IMG/VR virus record: IMGVR_UViG_3300021093_003813
Coordinates: 1 to 64,000 of that record
Source of the DNA: a virus
Direction: 5' to 3' (one strand)
DNA: 64,000 nt
Shown: piece by piece, positions 16,404-26,195 of the stretch
Position numbering within the stretch: the first letter of the stretch is position 1
How the letters are laid out: every line of letters begins with the position of its first letter
Made by a program: the position numbers and the translations under genes
The notes under the pieces: model-generated
Database searches by the model: none
Seen by the model: only the letters and a program-made list of their open reading frames with translations
What the model was told of the DNA's origin: nothing

Positions 16404-17876
16404 TTAAAACTTGGTGCGACTGATTCTTGCTGCATATTGTGCTACTGTGCCAGAAGTTTCTTCCACAATTGGTTGTTCTTCTGGGAGTGTTACATTTTCA
16501 ACAACAGCCTTTGGGAAGTAGTTGCCCTTGATGACAGTCAACTTTTGTTCAAAAAGTTCTGGAGTATCAAATTCCACTTCTTCCACCAAACCACGGAGTT
16601 TTTCTGATTCAGTTTGTGCCAAATCAGATGTCACTTTCATGAACACAGCATCACGCTTGGATTCAGTCAATGCTTTCTTCAGTTCTACAGCTTCTGCAAA
16701 TGCTTCATTGGCCACTGTGGTCAATTCTTCAATCTTTTTTTGCATTTCGCCGAGAACATCATATTTTTCTTCTGGTACTTCAATGTAGTTCTCTTTGAAC
16801 AACACCTTGAGACCAGCGATGAAATCTTCTGTTACTTCGGTACGAAGACCGTTTTCAATGGCTAGAGCATTTTGTTCCATCCATTGTTCCACCACGTAGT
16901 TGAGGTAGGCATCCACCTTGTCAACTAGCTCTTGATGCATTTCACCCACAACTTCTGCTGCTTGTTCTGCTAGCACATCTTCCATGATTTCTATTTCGTG
17001 TGCCACCCGTGCAGTCACAACAGCTTCAAACAATGAAGTGGCCTTCACCTTGAAATCTTCTGACAATTCAGATTCAGTTGAAAGAAGATTTTCAATGTCC
17101 TTGGACAATTCTTCCTTCATCTTCTTCATCATGGCTTCTTTCTTTGCCATCATCTTGTCCATTTTGGCTTCAGTCACTTCTTCGTCTGATTCTTGTTCCA
17201 CTTCTACAGCTTCCCATTCTGCCTTTTCTTCATCAGAAAGAGCATTGTATTCTTCTTCTGTGATGAACAGTTGTTCTTCTTCCTTGTTTTCTTCCACTTC
17301 TTCCTTCTTCATTGCAGGCTTCATTGCAGGCATTGGTGGTTTCGTTTTGCCATCGTTAACCTTAGCAGCTTCAGCACGCTTCTTCTTGAAGGCATCAATA
17401 GCTGATTGTACAGCAGGTGTTGGCTTGATGACCACAGCTTCTTCCACTTCAGCTTCTTCCTTGTACACGTTGCCAGCACTTGATGCTTGGTTCACAACTG
17501 ATGTTGGATCAGCATGTGTGGTGTAGTTAGGAGCTGCACCGGCACCTTGGTGCTTGGGTTCAGGTTGCTTCTTTGCCTTGCTAGCTTGTGTCTTGCCTTG
17601 GGTTTCTTGGTCATCTTCTGAGTCGATGACAGCATCTTGTGAAGAACCTTGCTTCATAGGCTTGTCTTCCTTCACACCTGCACCAGCAGCAAGTTTGTTG
17701 GTAGAATCAGCTGGTTTGGCAGCGCTGGACACACCCATCATCTGTACTTCTGGTTTTTCAGATGAACCTTGGGACATGGCAGCAGCTTCTTTGTTGTTAC
17801 CCATACCTGGGAAAGATTCTGCCACATCAACTTTGCGATTCATCATATCACGAATCTTGTTTTCTATTGAGGCCAT
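16404..17876 (-). CDS. gp22: prohead core scaffolding protein gp22 (long N-terminal extension)
   Basis: FEAVV, YLNYVVEQWM, LKVLFKENYIEVPEEK; between gp21 and gp23. Confidence 0.93.
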   Translation of the reverse strand: MASIENKIRDMMNRKVDVAESFPGMGNNKEAAAMSQGSSEKPEVQMMGVSSAAKPADSTNKLAAGAGVKEDKPMKQGSSQDAVIDSEDDQETQGKTQASKAKKQPEPKHQGAGAAPNYTTHADPTSVVNQASSAGNVYKEEAEVEEAVVIKPTPAVQSAIDAFKKKRAEAAKVNDGKTKPPMPAMKPAMKKEEVEENKEEEQLFITEEEYNALSDEEKAEWEAVEVEQESDEEVTEAKMDKMMAKKEAMMKKMKEELSKDIENLLSTESELSEDFKVKATSLFEAVVTARVAHEIEIMEDVLAEQAAEVVGEMHQELVDKVDAYLNYVVEQWMEQNALAIENGLRTEVTEDFIAGLKVLFKENYIEVPEEKYDVLGEMQKKIEELTTVANEAFAEAVELKKALTESKRDAVFMKVTSDLAQTESEKLRGLVEEVEFDTPELFEQKLTVIKGNYFPKAVVENVTLPEEQPIVEETSGTVAQYAARISRTKF

Positions 17877-17913
17877 TTAACTATCTCCTAAAGTTAGTTA
17901 CAAACGTTACTAT

Positions 17914-17921
17914 TATTTATA
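17914..17921 (-). promoter_or_regulatory. late promoter (gp22)
   Basis: TATAAATA on minus strand. Confidence 0.85.
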
Positions 17922-17926
17922 CAGGT

Positions 17927-18577
17927 TTACTTCTTGGAAAGACTGTTCATGAAGTTTTCAAACACTCGGAACTTCATTTCTTCCAGTTGTTGTTTTTTGG
18001 TTGCTTCAATCAACTTCTTGGTTTCATCCATGTTCTGGTAGGTCCACGACCCATTCACGAACATCCATTCTTTGTTTTCCATGATGCCTTGCACGAAGGC
18101 ATCCGGGGCTGAAGGGTCTGCCACGATGTCAGCAGCAGTGGCCAAATAGAAGTCATTTTGCACTTCATTGATGCCACCTTCACGTTCCTTCAAGGTGCCC
18201 ATACCACGGGATGACACGCCTAGTTGTGCACCACCTTCAATCAACCCCCGAACAATGTTGCCCATGGGAGTGTTCAAAATCTTGGCACGACCAATGTAGT
18301 TGTTGCCATCTTCCTTTAATGAAGTGATGATGTGTGACACACGATCCAGATTGATGACAGGACCTTCTGGATGTCCCAGTTCACCAAAGGCACGATTGGA
18401 ATCCACATATTCCTTCATGTAACGTGCCACTTCTTTTTCCATCACAGCCTTGGGATAGATTCTGTTGTTTCTGTTGGCTAGTTCACTTTGCAAGAACACA
18501 CCTTCCAGATACAAATCCTTGCTCTTTTCCTCTGTGATGACTTGTACTTGTTCAACTATTTCTGAAATCAGTTTCAT
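17927..18577 (-). CDS. gp21: prohead protease gp21
   Basis: NRNNRIYP, GELGHP, GVSSRGMG, DIVADPSAPDAFV. Confidence 0.97.
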   Translation of the reverse strand: MKLISEIVEQVQVITEEKSKDLYLEGVFLQSELANRNNRIYPKAVMEKEVARYMKEYVDSNRAFGELGHPEGPVINLDRVSHIITSLKEDGNNYIGRAKILNTPMGNIVRGLIEGGAQLGVSSRGMGTLKEREGGINEVQNDFYLATAADIVADPSAPDAFVQGIMENKEWMFVNGSWTYQNMDETKKLIEATKKQQLEEMKFRVFENFMNSLSKK

Positions 18578-18589
18578 GTTCCAATCTCC

Positions 18590-18958
18590 TTAGGTTAATG
18601 GATTCACGTGTTGTGCGTCACCATAACCTGAAATTTTCACCATTTCAATAATCACAGTGCCACCGCCCGCAGGCGTGGTCACTATAATGTTACTAGTATT
18701 TTCTCTGTTATCAGAGTATCCATTGAAGTCAAAATCTTCGGCTCCTGTCAACAACCACAATGACACAGAGTTGCGTGTGATGGTGGCATTGCCTGAAGGC
18801 ACAGACCAATGAATGGCGCTGATGTTCACCACAGGTGATGATGCGGTTTGAGAAGCTGTTGCTAATGTTGAGGACAAATTGATGGTTTCAGATGCGCTTG
18901 TTCCTGAAACAGCGACCACAACATGGATAGGTGTTTTCTTTAATACAGTTATTGCCAT
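18590..18958 (-). CDS. hypothetical head-region protein
   Basis: 122 aa beta-rich ORF, TAATG-coupled to the upstream gene. Confidence 0.75.
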   Translation of the reverse strand: MAITVLKKTPIHVVVAVSGTSASETINLSSTLATASQTASSPVVNISAIHWSVPSGNATITRNSVSLWLLTGAEDFDFNGYSDNRENTSNIIVTTPAGGGTVIIEMVKISGYGDAQHVNPLT

Positions 18959-19809
18959 TATTTGCTCCCTTCTTGTGGTCTTCTTTTGGTGGGTGTCTTA
19001 CCGAGGTTCACCTTGACGCCGCCCATCTTCATGGTGGCACCTACAGGTGCGCTACTCTTGCCCTTGTAATGATACATTATTTTCACACCGCCACCCTTTT
19101 CTATACCCTTCTTGGTGAAGCCTTCAGGGGGACGGAAGAATTGTTTGGAGATGGTGGCTCTTGGTAGGCCGTGCCGCTTGCTGCCACGGACGCCACGTTC
19201 CGTGCTTCTGTAAGGTGTGGGATTGTATTCATCAATTTGTTCCTCTTCTTTAACATAAGGAACCTTTGGTGTTTTTGCAGATGCATAATCAGAAATTTTC
19301 TTATGTTGACGAACTGCTTTTTGAAACATTTTATGTCCAGATTTTCCGCCATAGAGGGAATGATATGCTGCTACTCTGGTTTTTTCCAATGCCTTATGGG
19401 CAGCTTTCCAGGCAAGTTCTTTGGAAATCTCATCCAGTTCCACTTCTTCCGCCATTTCACTTTGCATGTATTGTGCTGCTGACACAATGTAATCTTCTGC
19501 CAAGGTGATTTTGCTTTGCACCCATTCAGGAAGATTGGTGTCTTCCCCAAGCATGTCATGCATCATTTCTGCATTACGAGTAATGGTACGAAGTGAGGAC
19601 TTGGCCATGTCACCTTCATAATCATATTCACCTTTGTCAGCTGCATCTTTCACAGCTTCCTTCATGGACATCTTGGTGGCTGTGGCATACATCACGTTCT
19701 TGGCATCAGCACCATAGCGTTTACGAAAGTCTTTGAAGTTTTTCTTCATGGACTTCACAATAGTTTCTCGCTGCTTCATGTCAGCGTCTGTCATGGTGGC
19801 TTCATTCAT
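18958..19809 (-). CDS. putative internal head polyprotein
   Basis: Likely start ATG 19809; basic modules separated by acidic EEVELDE/EEEQIDE linkers; located in the prohead-core gene slot. Confidence 0.65.
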   Translation of the reverse strand: MNEATMTDADMKQRETIVKSMKKNFKDFRKRYGADAKNVMYATATKMSMKEAVKDAADKGEYDYEGDMAKSSLRTITRNAEMMHDMLGEDTNLPEWVQSKITLAEDYIVSAAQYMQSEMAEEVELDEISKELAWKAAHKALEKTRVAAYHSLYGGKSGHKMFQKAVRQHKKISDYASAKTPKVPYVKEEEQIDEYNPTPYRSTERGVRGSKRHGLPRATISKQFFRPPEGFTKKGIEKGGGVKIMYHYKGKSSAPVGATMKMGGVKVNLGKTPTKRRPQEGSK

Positions 19810-19810
19810 G

Positions 19811-20110
19811 TTACTTGCCTTTCTTTTTACGAAGCAACTTGAAATCATGAGCGTCAATCTTACCATTCTTGTTGGCATCAATCTTGTGTTGACCGCCTTT
19901 CAAGGCTTCATTAGTAATTTCCGTTTCTTCATCACATTCGGCACATTGTTTTGTGTTGAACATGGAGGATGCCACTTCCACTTTCAAGGCATCCAACACT
20001 TCAGCAGTGCGTGATTGCAAAATGTTGTTCAATGTGGCTTCAGCAGCAAGATTGTCACCGCTGTCAATGTGGTCAATGAGATCCAACACAGTTTCGTTCA
20101 TGTTTTTCAT
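19811..20110 (-). CDS. small prohead core protein (gp67-like)
   Basis: Directly after portal; acidic helical N-terminus; DANKNGKIDAHDF EF-hand-like loop. Confidence 0.65.
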   Translation of the reverse strand: MKNMNETVLDLIDHIDSGDNLAAEATLNNILQSRTAEVLDALKVEVASSMFNTKQCAECDEETEITNEALKGGQHKIDANKNGKIDAHDFKLLRKKKGK

Positions 20111-20127
20111 ATCTATCTCCTAAGAAG

Positions 20128-21633
20128 CTATGAATTGTTATCTTGAGGTGTATTCGGTTCAGGTTCAGGAGTCATGACTTCCATTTCTTTTTCCATCTCA
20201 TCAATTTCTTCTTCAGTGAAACGTAAGACGTTCTTTTGAATGTAGCTCTTGGTCATATACTTGTTCATGAAGGGATCCATTTGTGCCAACAACTCGATGC
20301 GTGACCGCATGATTTCCTGGTCTTTGCTTTCTGTGTAATAAGAATCTTGTGCATACACATAATCAATGGATTCCACTATGTCTGTCCAATCCTGCTCTGT
20401 CAATACACCTTTCAAAACCAATTGTGTTTTCAACAAGTCATGGAACATCACAGCAAATTGACGACGAAGTTTGCCAATGAACTTGGTGAACTTCAATTCA
20501 TCCCGTGTGATTTCTGCTGCACGACCAAAGTTCAATCCACTTTGTTGTTGCAACCGAGAAATAGGAACATTCAATGCCTGATACAGCTTGCGTTGAAAAT
20601 ATTCAATGTCAGCAATCTCACCGAGATTTTGCCCACCGGGCAGTGTTGTGATTTCTGTTCCTTTGCCACCTTCACGACGAGGCAACCAGAAATCTTCCAA
20701 CATGCTCATGGCCTTCTTGTCATCTCGCAGTTCACCTGTGTTCACATCGTACACCATCTTGTTGCGATAACGATTCATGATGTCCTTCAGATATTGCTCA
20801 GCCTTCAACTTGGGAAGATTGCCTACATCAATGTAGAAGATTCTTCTTTCAGGAGCACGAGCCAACCGATAGATGACCAAAGCATTTTCCATCATACGCA
20901 ACTGATTGGCAGGCTTGATGGCTTTGTGTAAATAACTCAACACCATTTGTTGATCCACATCAAACAACCCAGATGAGGCGTAGCAGATGGCATCTTTGGT
21001 GATTTTCAATCCCTGCACTTGTGTGGATATAGCCATGTTGGGGGACATATGAATGCCCTTTTCATTGTACATGAAGAACTCTTCCACACTCTGCACAAAT
21101 TCCACACCCGTCTTGGGTTCTCTCTCTTTGATAACATTACGTACTTTCTTGATTTTTCTTGGGTCAATGTACCGAATGTCTGTCAACCCCTGCTTGGGTT
21201 TCGCGGTATCAATCACTTTGTGAAAGTATATTCTGCCATCAATGTACCAACGTCGAAAATAATCCTGACCTTTGTCCTTGAAATGTAACAAGCTCAAGAT
21301 GTTGTCAAATTCTTGTTCAATGCTCTTCTTTACAGAAGCGGACACCTTGACATTTTGTAAATCAATATGTACAATATCTTCATTGTCCAGATTGGCAATG
21401 GCTTCATTCACCACATCATCAATGGCGGCATCCACATCTGCCATCAATGCGATATCACGGTAACGCTTGATTTGTTCTGATTCATTCTTGGCAGCACCTT
21501 CCAGGTCCAAATAGGAACCGTAGTAGCCACCGGCTTTGATGGTGTCTAAGGCACCGTCATCAGAAGGTGGCACAAACGAACGCTCAGTTTGTGCCGGTTC
21601 CTTCCTCTTGATTTGATATCCAAATATATCCAT
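20128..21633 (-). CDS. gp20: portal protein gp20
   Basis: RRWYIDGR, RAPERRIFYIDVGNLPK, EDFWLPRREGGKGTEITTLPGG. Confidence 0.98.
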   Translation of the reverse strand: MDIFGYQIKRKEPAQTERSFVPPSDDGALDTIKAGGYYGSYLDLEGAAKNESEQIKRYRDIALMADVDAAIDDVVNEAIANLDNEDIVHIDLQNVKVSASVKKSIEQEFDNILSLLHFKDKGQDYFRRWYIDGRIYFHKVIDTAKPKQGLTDIRYIDPRKIKKVRNVIKEREPKTGVEFVQSVEEFFMYNEKGIHMSPNMAISTQVQGLKITKDAICYASSGLFDVDQQMVLSYLHKAIKPANQLRMMENALVIYRLARAPERRIFYIDVGNLPKLKAEQYLKDIMNRYRNKMVYDVNTGELRDDKKAMSMLEDFWLPRREGGKGTEITTLPGGQNLGEIADIEYFQRKLYQALNVPISRLQQQSGLNFGRAAEITRDELKFTKFIGKLRRQFAVMFHDLLKTQLVLKGVLTEQDWTDIVESIDYVYAQDSYYTESKDQEIMRSRIELLAQMDPFMNKYMTKSYIQKNVLRFTEEEIDEMEKEMEVMTPEPEPNTPQDNNS

Positions 21634-21661
21634 AATATTTCTACCTATCCTACGTTAAGGA

Positions 21662-22177
21662 TTAAACAGGTGTCACATCAAAATGTGAGTATTGGAACGT
21701 CACATTGAATTCTGAAATCACATCGTTTGCTGAGTAGGCCAATGCCACTTCAGAAACAGTAATTGGGAAAGAGTTGTAGATGTCATAGGTGCGAATGACT
21801 TCATCATTACGATCCAGTTGTTCCACTGCCAAGTCACACATATATGAGGCTGGTGCCAATGCGCCGCCGTTGTTTTCACGGTTGTTCATTAAGTTGGACC
21901 ATGATTCAAACAAACGACGAAGCTTCATGCTGGTGTCGTTCAACACGGTAATGGTCCATGGATCAAATGTCCGTTCACCAGCCATCTTCACTTCACGACC
22001 ACGATACTGCACGATGGTTGGATTGACGTTGGATGCTGGCAAGGCTGCAGATGTTACAAGTAGTGAGTCATCACTAGCACCTGCTCCAACAGCAGCAGGG
22101 AAAGTTAGTGTCACTAGGAATTGGTTTGGACGTGCACCACCTGCGCCTAACTTACTTTTAAATTGTGAAATATCCAT
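21662..22177 (-). CDS. gp19: tail tube protein gp19
   Basis: GGARPNQF, GERTFDPWTITVLND, VEQLDR. Confidence 0.96.
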   Translation of the reverse strand: MDISQFKSKLGAGGARPNQFLVTLTFPAAVGAGASDDSLLVTSAALPASNVNPTIVQYRGREVKMAGERTFDPWTITVLNDTSMKLRRLFESWSNLMNNRENNGGALAPASYMCDLAVEQLDRNDEVIRTYDIYNSFPITVSEVALAYSANDVISEFNVTFQYSHFDVTPV

Positions 22178-22203
22178 TTGTTTCTTCTCCTAGAAGTTAT
22201 TGA

Positions 22204-24084
22204 TTAGGCGCCGACAACTTCTTCAAAGCTCACGCCTGTGCGTGTTGCAATGAAGTTCAGTGATATAAAGTTGATGGAACGAGCTGGCTTGATGAAAATG
22301 TCAGCCACGAATTCGTTACGGTCGATGACTTCACCTGTATTGTTGGTTTCATCACATATCACACGGAAGTCAGTCAAGCCGCGGCGGCCTTGTACATCAC
22401 GCAAGAAAGGTTCCACCAAGTTACGGAATTGTGCACGTGTGAAGGCATCATTGAATTCAAACAATTGAAACTTGGCTGCTGTGGCAATAGCCTTTTCCAA
22501 CACAATGAACAACCGACGAACGTTGATTCTATCAAAAGCTGATGGCTTGGCAAGCAATGTCTTGTCGCCAAACAACACAGTACCTTCACCTGGGAATGAC
22601 ACCACTGGGTTCACACCCTTCTTGTAGAGTGTGTCACGGTCTGTCTTGTCTGGTGAATATGCCAACTTCACGACATTCTTGATTTGACCACGGTTCAATC
22701 CGCCTGGTGAGAACCAAGGTTCAGCAACGGCGTCTGTACGTGCGCAAAGACCTGCCACGTCAGCATTTAATGGTACATAACGATACTTGTCATTGTACTT
22801 GTCGTATTGATACTTCCAACCTGAATCCAACACAGCGTAGGAAGTGGATGTTAGTGTTTCACGGAATTCTACGATGTCATCAGCTTCATCACCGGCGTTG
22901 TTGAACACATCAGCCAAGTCAGGTGAAACGAATGCCATGCAATCCAAACGGTCAGCTGCAATGTCAATCACAGATTGTGCCACTGTGGAATTGTGTGGAC
23001 CACAGATGAGCAAGTTTATATCAATCAATTCTGCGTTTGCAAACTCGTCGTAGGCTGTGATGACTTCTGCAGCTGATGGTGAGGCAGACACACCACCTTC
23101 CAAAGACACACTGACATTTTTTGTCATGGCTTTGAATGTGTTGCCAGCTGCTGATGAACCCCAAGCTGTATCACCGCCTTCCACTGAAGCAGTGTGATCC
23201 ATCCAATAGATGTACCGTGAGCCCTTCAACACTTCTGCGTAGAAGTTGTTGGAACCTTGTGCTGCCTTGGCATCAGCTGCCTTGGACACATTGGCAAACT
23301 TTTCCAGTACGCTGTCTGCGGTACCTGAGATAAGACCATCTTCATCAATCACGATGATGTGAAGTTCATCATCAGCACCACCCAGACTGGATGTGAAGGA
23401 TGAGGTGCCTGGAGCTTCATCAAAGCTGCTGGCGAATTCCCACTTGGCCTTGGCGTTTACACCTGCCAATGCCACTGCTGCTGCTGTGATGGTTAATGAT
23501 GTGGCACCGGGAATAGCTGTCACAGTACCAACGGTAACACCTGCGGTTGTGGTGATGAGGTCACCAATAGCAAGTTCTGTGGTGAAAGATGTGCCAGTAC
23601 CAGTGACTGATGTACCGCCTGCAGATACAGCAAGTGTACCTGTCAATGTTTTGTTGAAAGATGCGCCGTCGCACATGGAAACTTTCAATGAATTTCCTAG
23701 TGCACCTGGGTACTTGGCAGCAAATTCACCTACAGTTGCTTCTCCACCGCCATACTCAGCTTCATATTCATCTTCATTCTCAATGAGAATAGCGGTACCT
23801 GAGGTTACAGCATTGCGAGCTGCTGCACCTACAGCACGAACCACTTTAAGATTGTTGGAATAGCTTAAGAAGTTGGCAGCTGAAAAGAAGCTGGCTGCTG
23901 TGGTGTCATTGGGTTTACCAAATGTTCTTACTAATTCAATTTCTGAACTGATAGTGACAGGCGCGAGAACTGGACCCCATTGAAACTCACCTGCGAAACC
24001 ACCAATTGATGTGGCAACTGCAGGGACTACGTTGGTTAGATCCTTTTCAACGACTAGTACACCTGGTGATAGTTGAAATGCCAT
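22204..24084 (-). CDS. gp18: tail sheath protein gp18
   Basis: SPGVLVVEKDLT, WFSPGGLNRG, AFDRINVRRLF. Confidence 0.98.
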   Translation of the reverse strand: MAFQLSPGVLVVEKDLTNVVPAVATSIGGFAGEFQWGPVLAPVTISSEIELVRTFGKPNDTTAASFFSAANFLSYSNNLKVVRAVGAAARNAVTSGTAILIENEDEYEAEYGGGEATVGEFAAKYPGALGNSLKVSMCDGASFNKTLTGTLAVSAGGTSVTGTGTSFTTELAIGDLITTTAGVTVGTVTAIPGATSLTITAAAVALAGVNAKAKWEFASSFDEAPGTSSFTSSLGGADDELHIIVIDEDGLISGTADSVLEKFANVSKAADAKAAQGSNNFYAEVLKGSRYIYWMDHTASVEGGDTAWGSSAAGNTFKAMTKNVSVSLEGGVSASPSAAEVITAYDEFANAELIDINLLICGPHNSTVAQSVIDIAADRLDCMAFVSPDLADVFNNAGDEADDIVEFRETLTSTSYAVLDSGWKYQYDKYNDKYRYVPLNADVAGLCARTDAVAEPWFSPGGLNRGQIKNVVKLAYSPDKTDRDTLYKKGVNPVVSFPGEGTVLFGDKTLLAKPSAFDRINVRRLFIVLEKAIATAAKFQLFEFNDAFTRAQFRNLVEPFLRDVQGRRGLTDFRVICDETNNTGEVIDRNEFVADIFIKPARSINFISLNFIATRTGVSFEEVVGA

Positions 24085-24152
24085 GTTAATCTCCTATATC
24101 TGTGTAATTTTTCAAAGACCGGATTTCAATTTGTCTTGGAACAAGTTGAAAA

Positions 24153-24160
24153 TATTTATA
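24153..24160 (-). promoter_or_regulatory. late promoter (gp18)
   Basis: TATAAATA on minus strand just after the gp17 stop. Confidence 0.85.
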
Positions 24161-24163
24161 AGT

Positions 24164-25804
24164 TTACGAATCTTTATCTATCTTCCATGGCAAATTTTTG
24201 TCTGTGGACCATACAACATTATCGACCACAAATGTTTCCTCAACATTTCCATCATCTATAAATCCAAAAGGAGTCAATTCATCCTCAATTTGCAACATCT
24301 GTTGCCTGTAAATTCTTTCACGGACATTCACATCCGTGAGTTCCCTGAAATACTGATTGGTGGTCAGCCATCCAAACAGAACCAGAGTCATCACCAAATC
24401 ATCGTGGTAACCTTCATCAGCCACGTAACTGCCACTCTTTTCCACGAATGTAGAGAATTCATGGATGGTGTCGGCATCAAATATATTTAGTTTTTTCTCT
24501 TCTAGTAAACTTTTGATGGCGAAACACCCTTGACGTTTCACTGTCTTGGTGGTTCTGACGCCCAGAGTGGTGGACTTGGAAAACCCAGGACTGATGTAGG
24601 TTTGATTGTTCTCCTTCACTGTGCTCAAGATGTTTTCATACTCCAGTTCTGAATACAAGATGTCAGCAATCTGTCCTCCAATGTCATTGGTTTCCACCAG
24701 CACCATGGCATTGTTGTAATCTTTGGCTGTTTTACGTATCACTTCTGGAAACAACATGGGAGCAATGGTGTTGTTCTTGAATCTCCCCACCAGTTTGTAA
24801 GGTATATCTGTGACATCCACAACAGTGAACGCTGAATAGTCACCTCCAACACCTCGGGACACGTCCACAGTGATGACATAGGTGTGTTCTCGGTTGGGTT
24901 CTTCGTACAACAACAATCCCATCTCATTCTTATACACAGGATCCATGCTACTCATCTGTGACAACGTTCTGCCATTAATCAACGTGTTGCTGGATCCCAG
25001 AAATTCACACAACACTTCCTGATTGAACTTCACTTCACCCAGTGTTCGAAATTGTTCCTCAGCCCAGATATCATCTCTTCCAGGAATCTCCCAGTATGGG
25101 ATGAAGTGTGAAACGAAACCATTCTTACCCTTTTCTGCTTCGTTCCAGAACTTCCAGAAATGATTGTATCCCAGAGGGGTGGATGTCAGCAGAATCTTTG
25201 TGGTGGTACCGGCAGAAATGGTGGGGTACACAGAAGCAAAGAATTCATCTGCCACGTTGTTGGGAATAATGGCAGCTTCATCAATATACAACCAGTTCAC
25301 AGATTTACCACGAATACCTGAAGCTGTTGTGGCGGCGGTGAACACCTTGCTGCCATTCTCCAGTTCCACGTTACCTTTGTTCCAGGTACGAACACCCTGT
25401 TGCATCCAGATGGGTAGATGTTCATACATGATTTGATAACGGTCCAACACTTCACGAGCGGCACTGCCTTTGTTGGCAAGAATGGCTACTGTTTTGCTTT
25501 CCTGAAACAGAGTGTACCAAAGAATACAGGCAGCAGATGTGATGGTTTTGCCTTGCTGACGACCTTCCATCAGCACCACTTTTCTGTTGTTCAGAATGAT
25601 GCTCACTTTGTTTTTCTGACAATCATACAATTTGAATTTCACCAAACCCCTGTCCAGTGATACAATGTGACAATAGTTCTCAATGAAATACACCGGGTCT
25701 TGCTGACACTTCACAATCTCCTGAATTTCTTCTGGTGTGAATTGATGCTGATACCCGATGGATTTTAAATTGGGATTGCCATGATATGAGTTGTTATCCA
25801 GCAT
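24164..25804 (-). CDS. gp17: terminase large subunit gp17
   Basis: YHGNPNLK, RQQGKT, IDEAA, STPLGYNHF, DVSRG, HDDLVM. Start ATG 25804. Confidence 0.98.
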   Translation of the reverse strand: MLDNNSYHGNPNLKSIGYQHQFTPEEIQEIVKCQQDPVYFIENYCHIVSLDRGLVKFKLYDCQKNKVSIILNNRKVVLMEGRQQGKTITSAACILWYTLFQESKTVAILANKGSAAREVLDRYQIMYEHLPIWMQQGVRTWNKGNVELENGSKVFTAATTASGIRGKSVNWLYIDEAAIIPNNVADEFFASVYPTISAGTTTKILLTSTPLGYNHFWKFWNEAEKGKNGFVSHFIPYWEIPGRDDIWAEEQFRTLGEVKFNQEVLCEFLGSSNTLINGRTLSQMSSMDPVYKNEMGLLLYEEPNREHTYVITVDVSRGVGGDYSAFTVVDVTDIPYKLVGRFKNNTIAPMLFPEVIRKTAKDYNNAMVLVETNDIGGQIADILYSELEYENILSTVKENNQTYISPGFSKSTTLGVRTTKTVKRQGCFAIKSLLEEKKLNIFDADTIHEFSTFVEKSGSYVADEGYHDDLVMTLVLFGWLTTNQYFRELTDVNVRERIYRQQMLQIEDELTPFGFIDDGNVEETFVVDNVVWSTDKNLPWKIDKDS

Positions 25805-26195
25805 TCGAATCCTCAATGGTCACAGGCTCTTGTGCCTGTTTCATTGCCTTCAACAATTCATGTGTGGAACCCACAAACAAATTGTTCTGTGTTTGTATTT
25901 TTGGCTTGTCCTCTTTTTCCAAGTCTTTCTTGCGTTTCTGCACTTCCAGTAAATCCTTAGCTGTGTCAGACACGGTTTTGATGAGTTGTCCTGCCACTTC
26001 ATAGGCACGAGGATGGTCACTGTTTTTGGCAATATGAAGAATGCCATCAATGGCTTCATTACCTTTGTCAATCAATGTTCGAAGTGTCTCTCTGGCGTGA
26101 GCTGCATCATCTTCCAATGCCACAGGCACCACAGCGTTCACTTCTTCCTCAGTTTTCATCACATTGAATTTATCATTTAAATTATCAAATGTCAT
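25794..26195 (-). CDS. gp16: terminase small subunit gp16
   Basis: HPRAYEVAGQLIK, NNLFVGST. Confidence 0.95.
   Translation of the reverse strand: MTFDNLNDKFNVMKTEEEVNAVVPVALEDDAAHARETLRTLIDKGNEAIDGILHIAKNSDHPRAYEVAGQLIKTVSDTAKDLLEVQKRKKDLEKEDKPKIQTQNNLFVGSTHELLKAMKQAQEPVTIEDSNAG

Noticed and set aside
15057-25804. Introns, inteins or homing endonucleases in gp23/gp20/gp17
   Set aside because: Genes are contiguous and of normal length; no such motifs seen.
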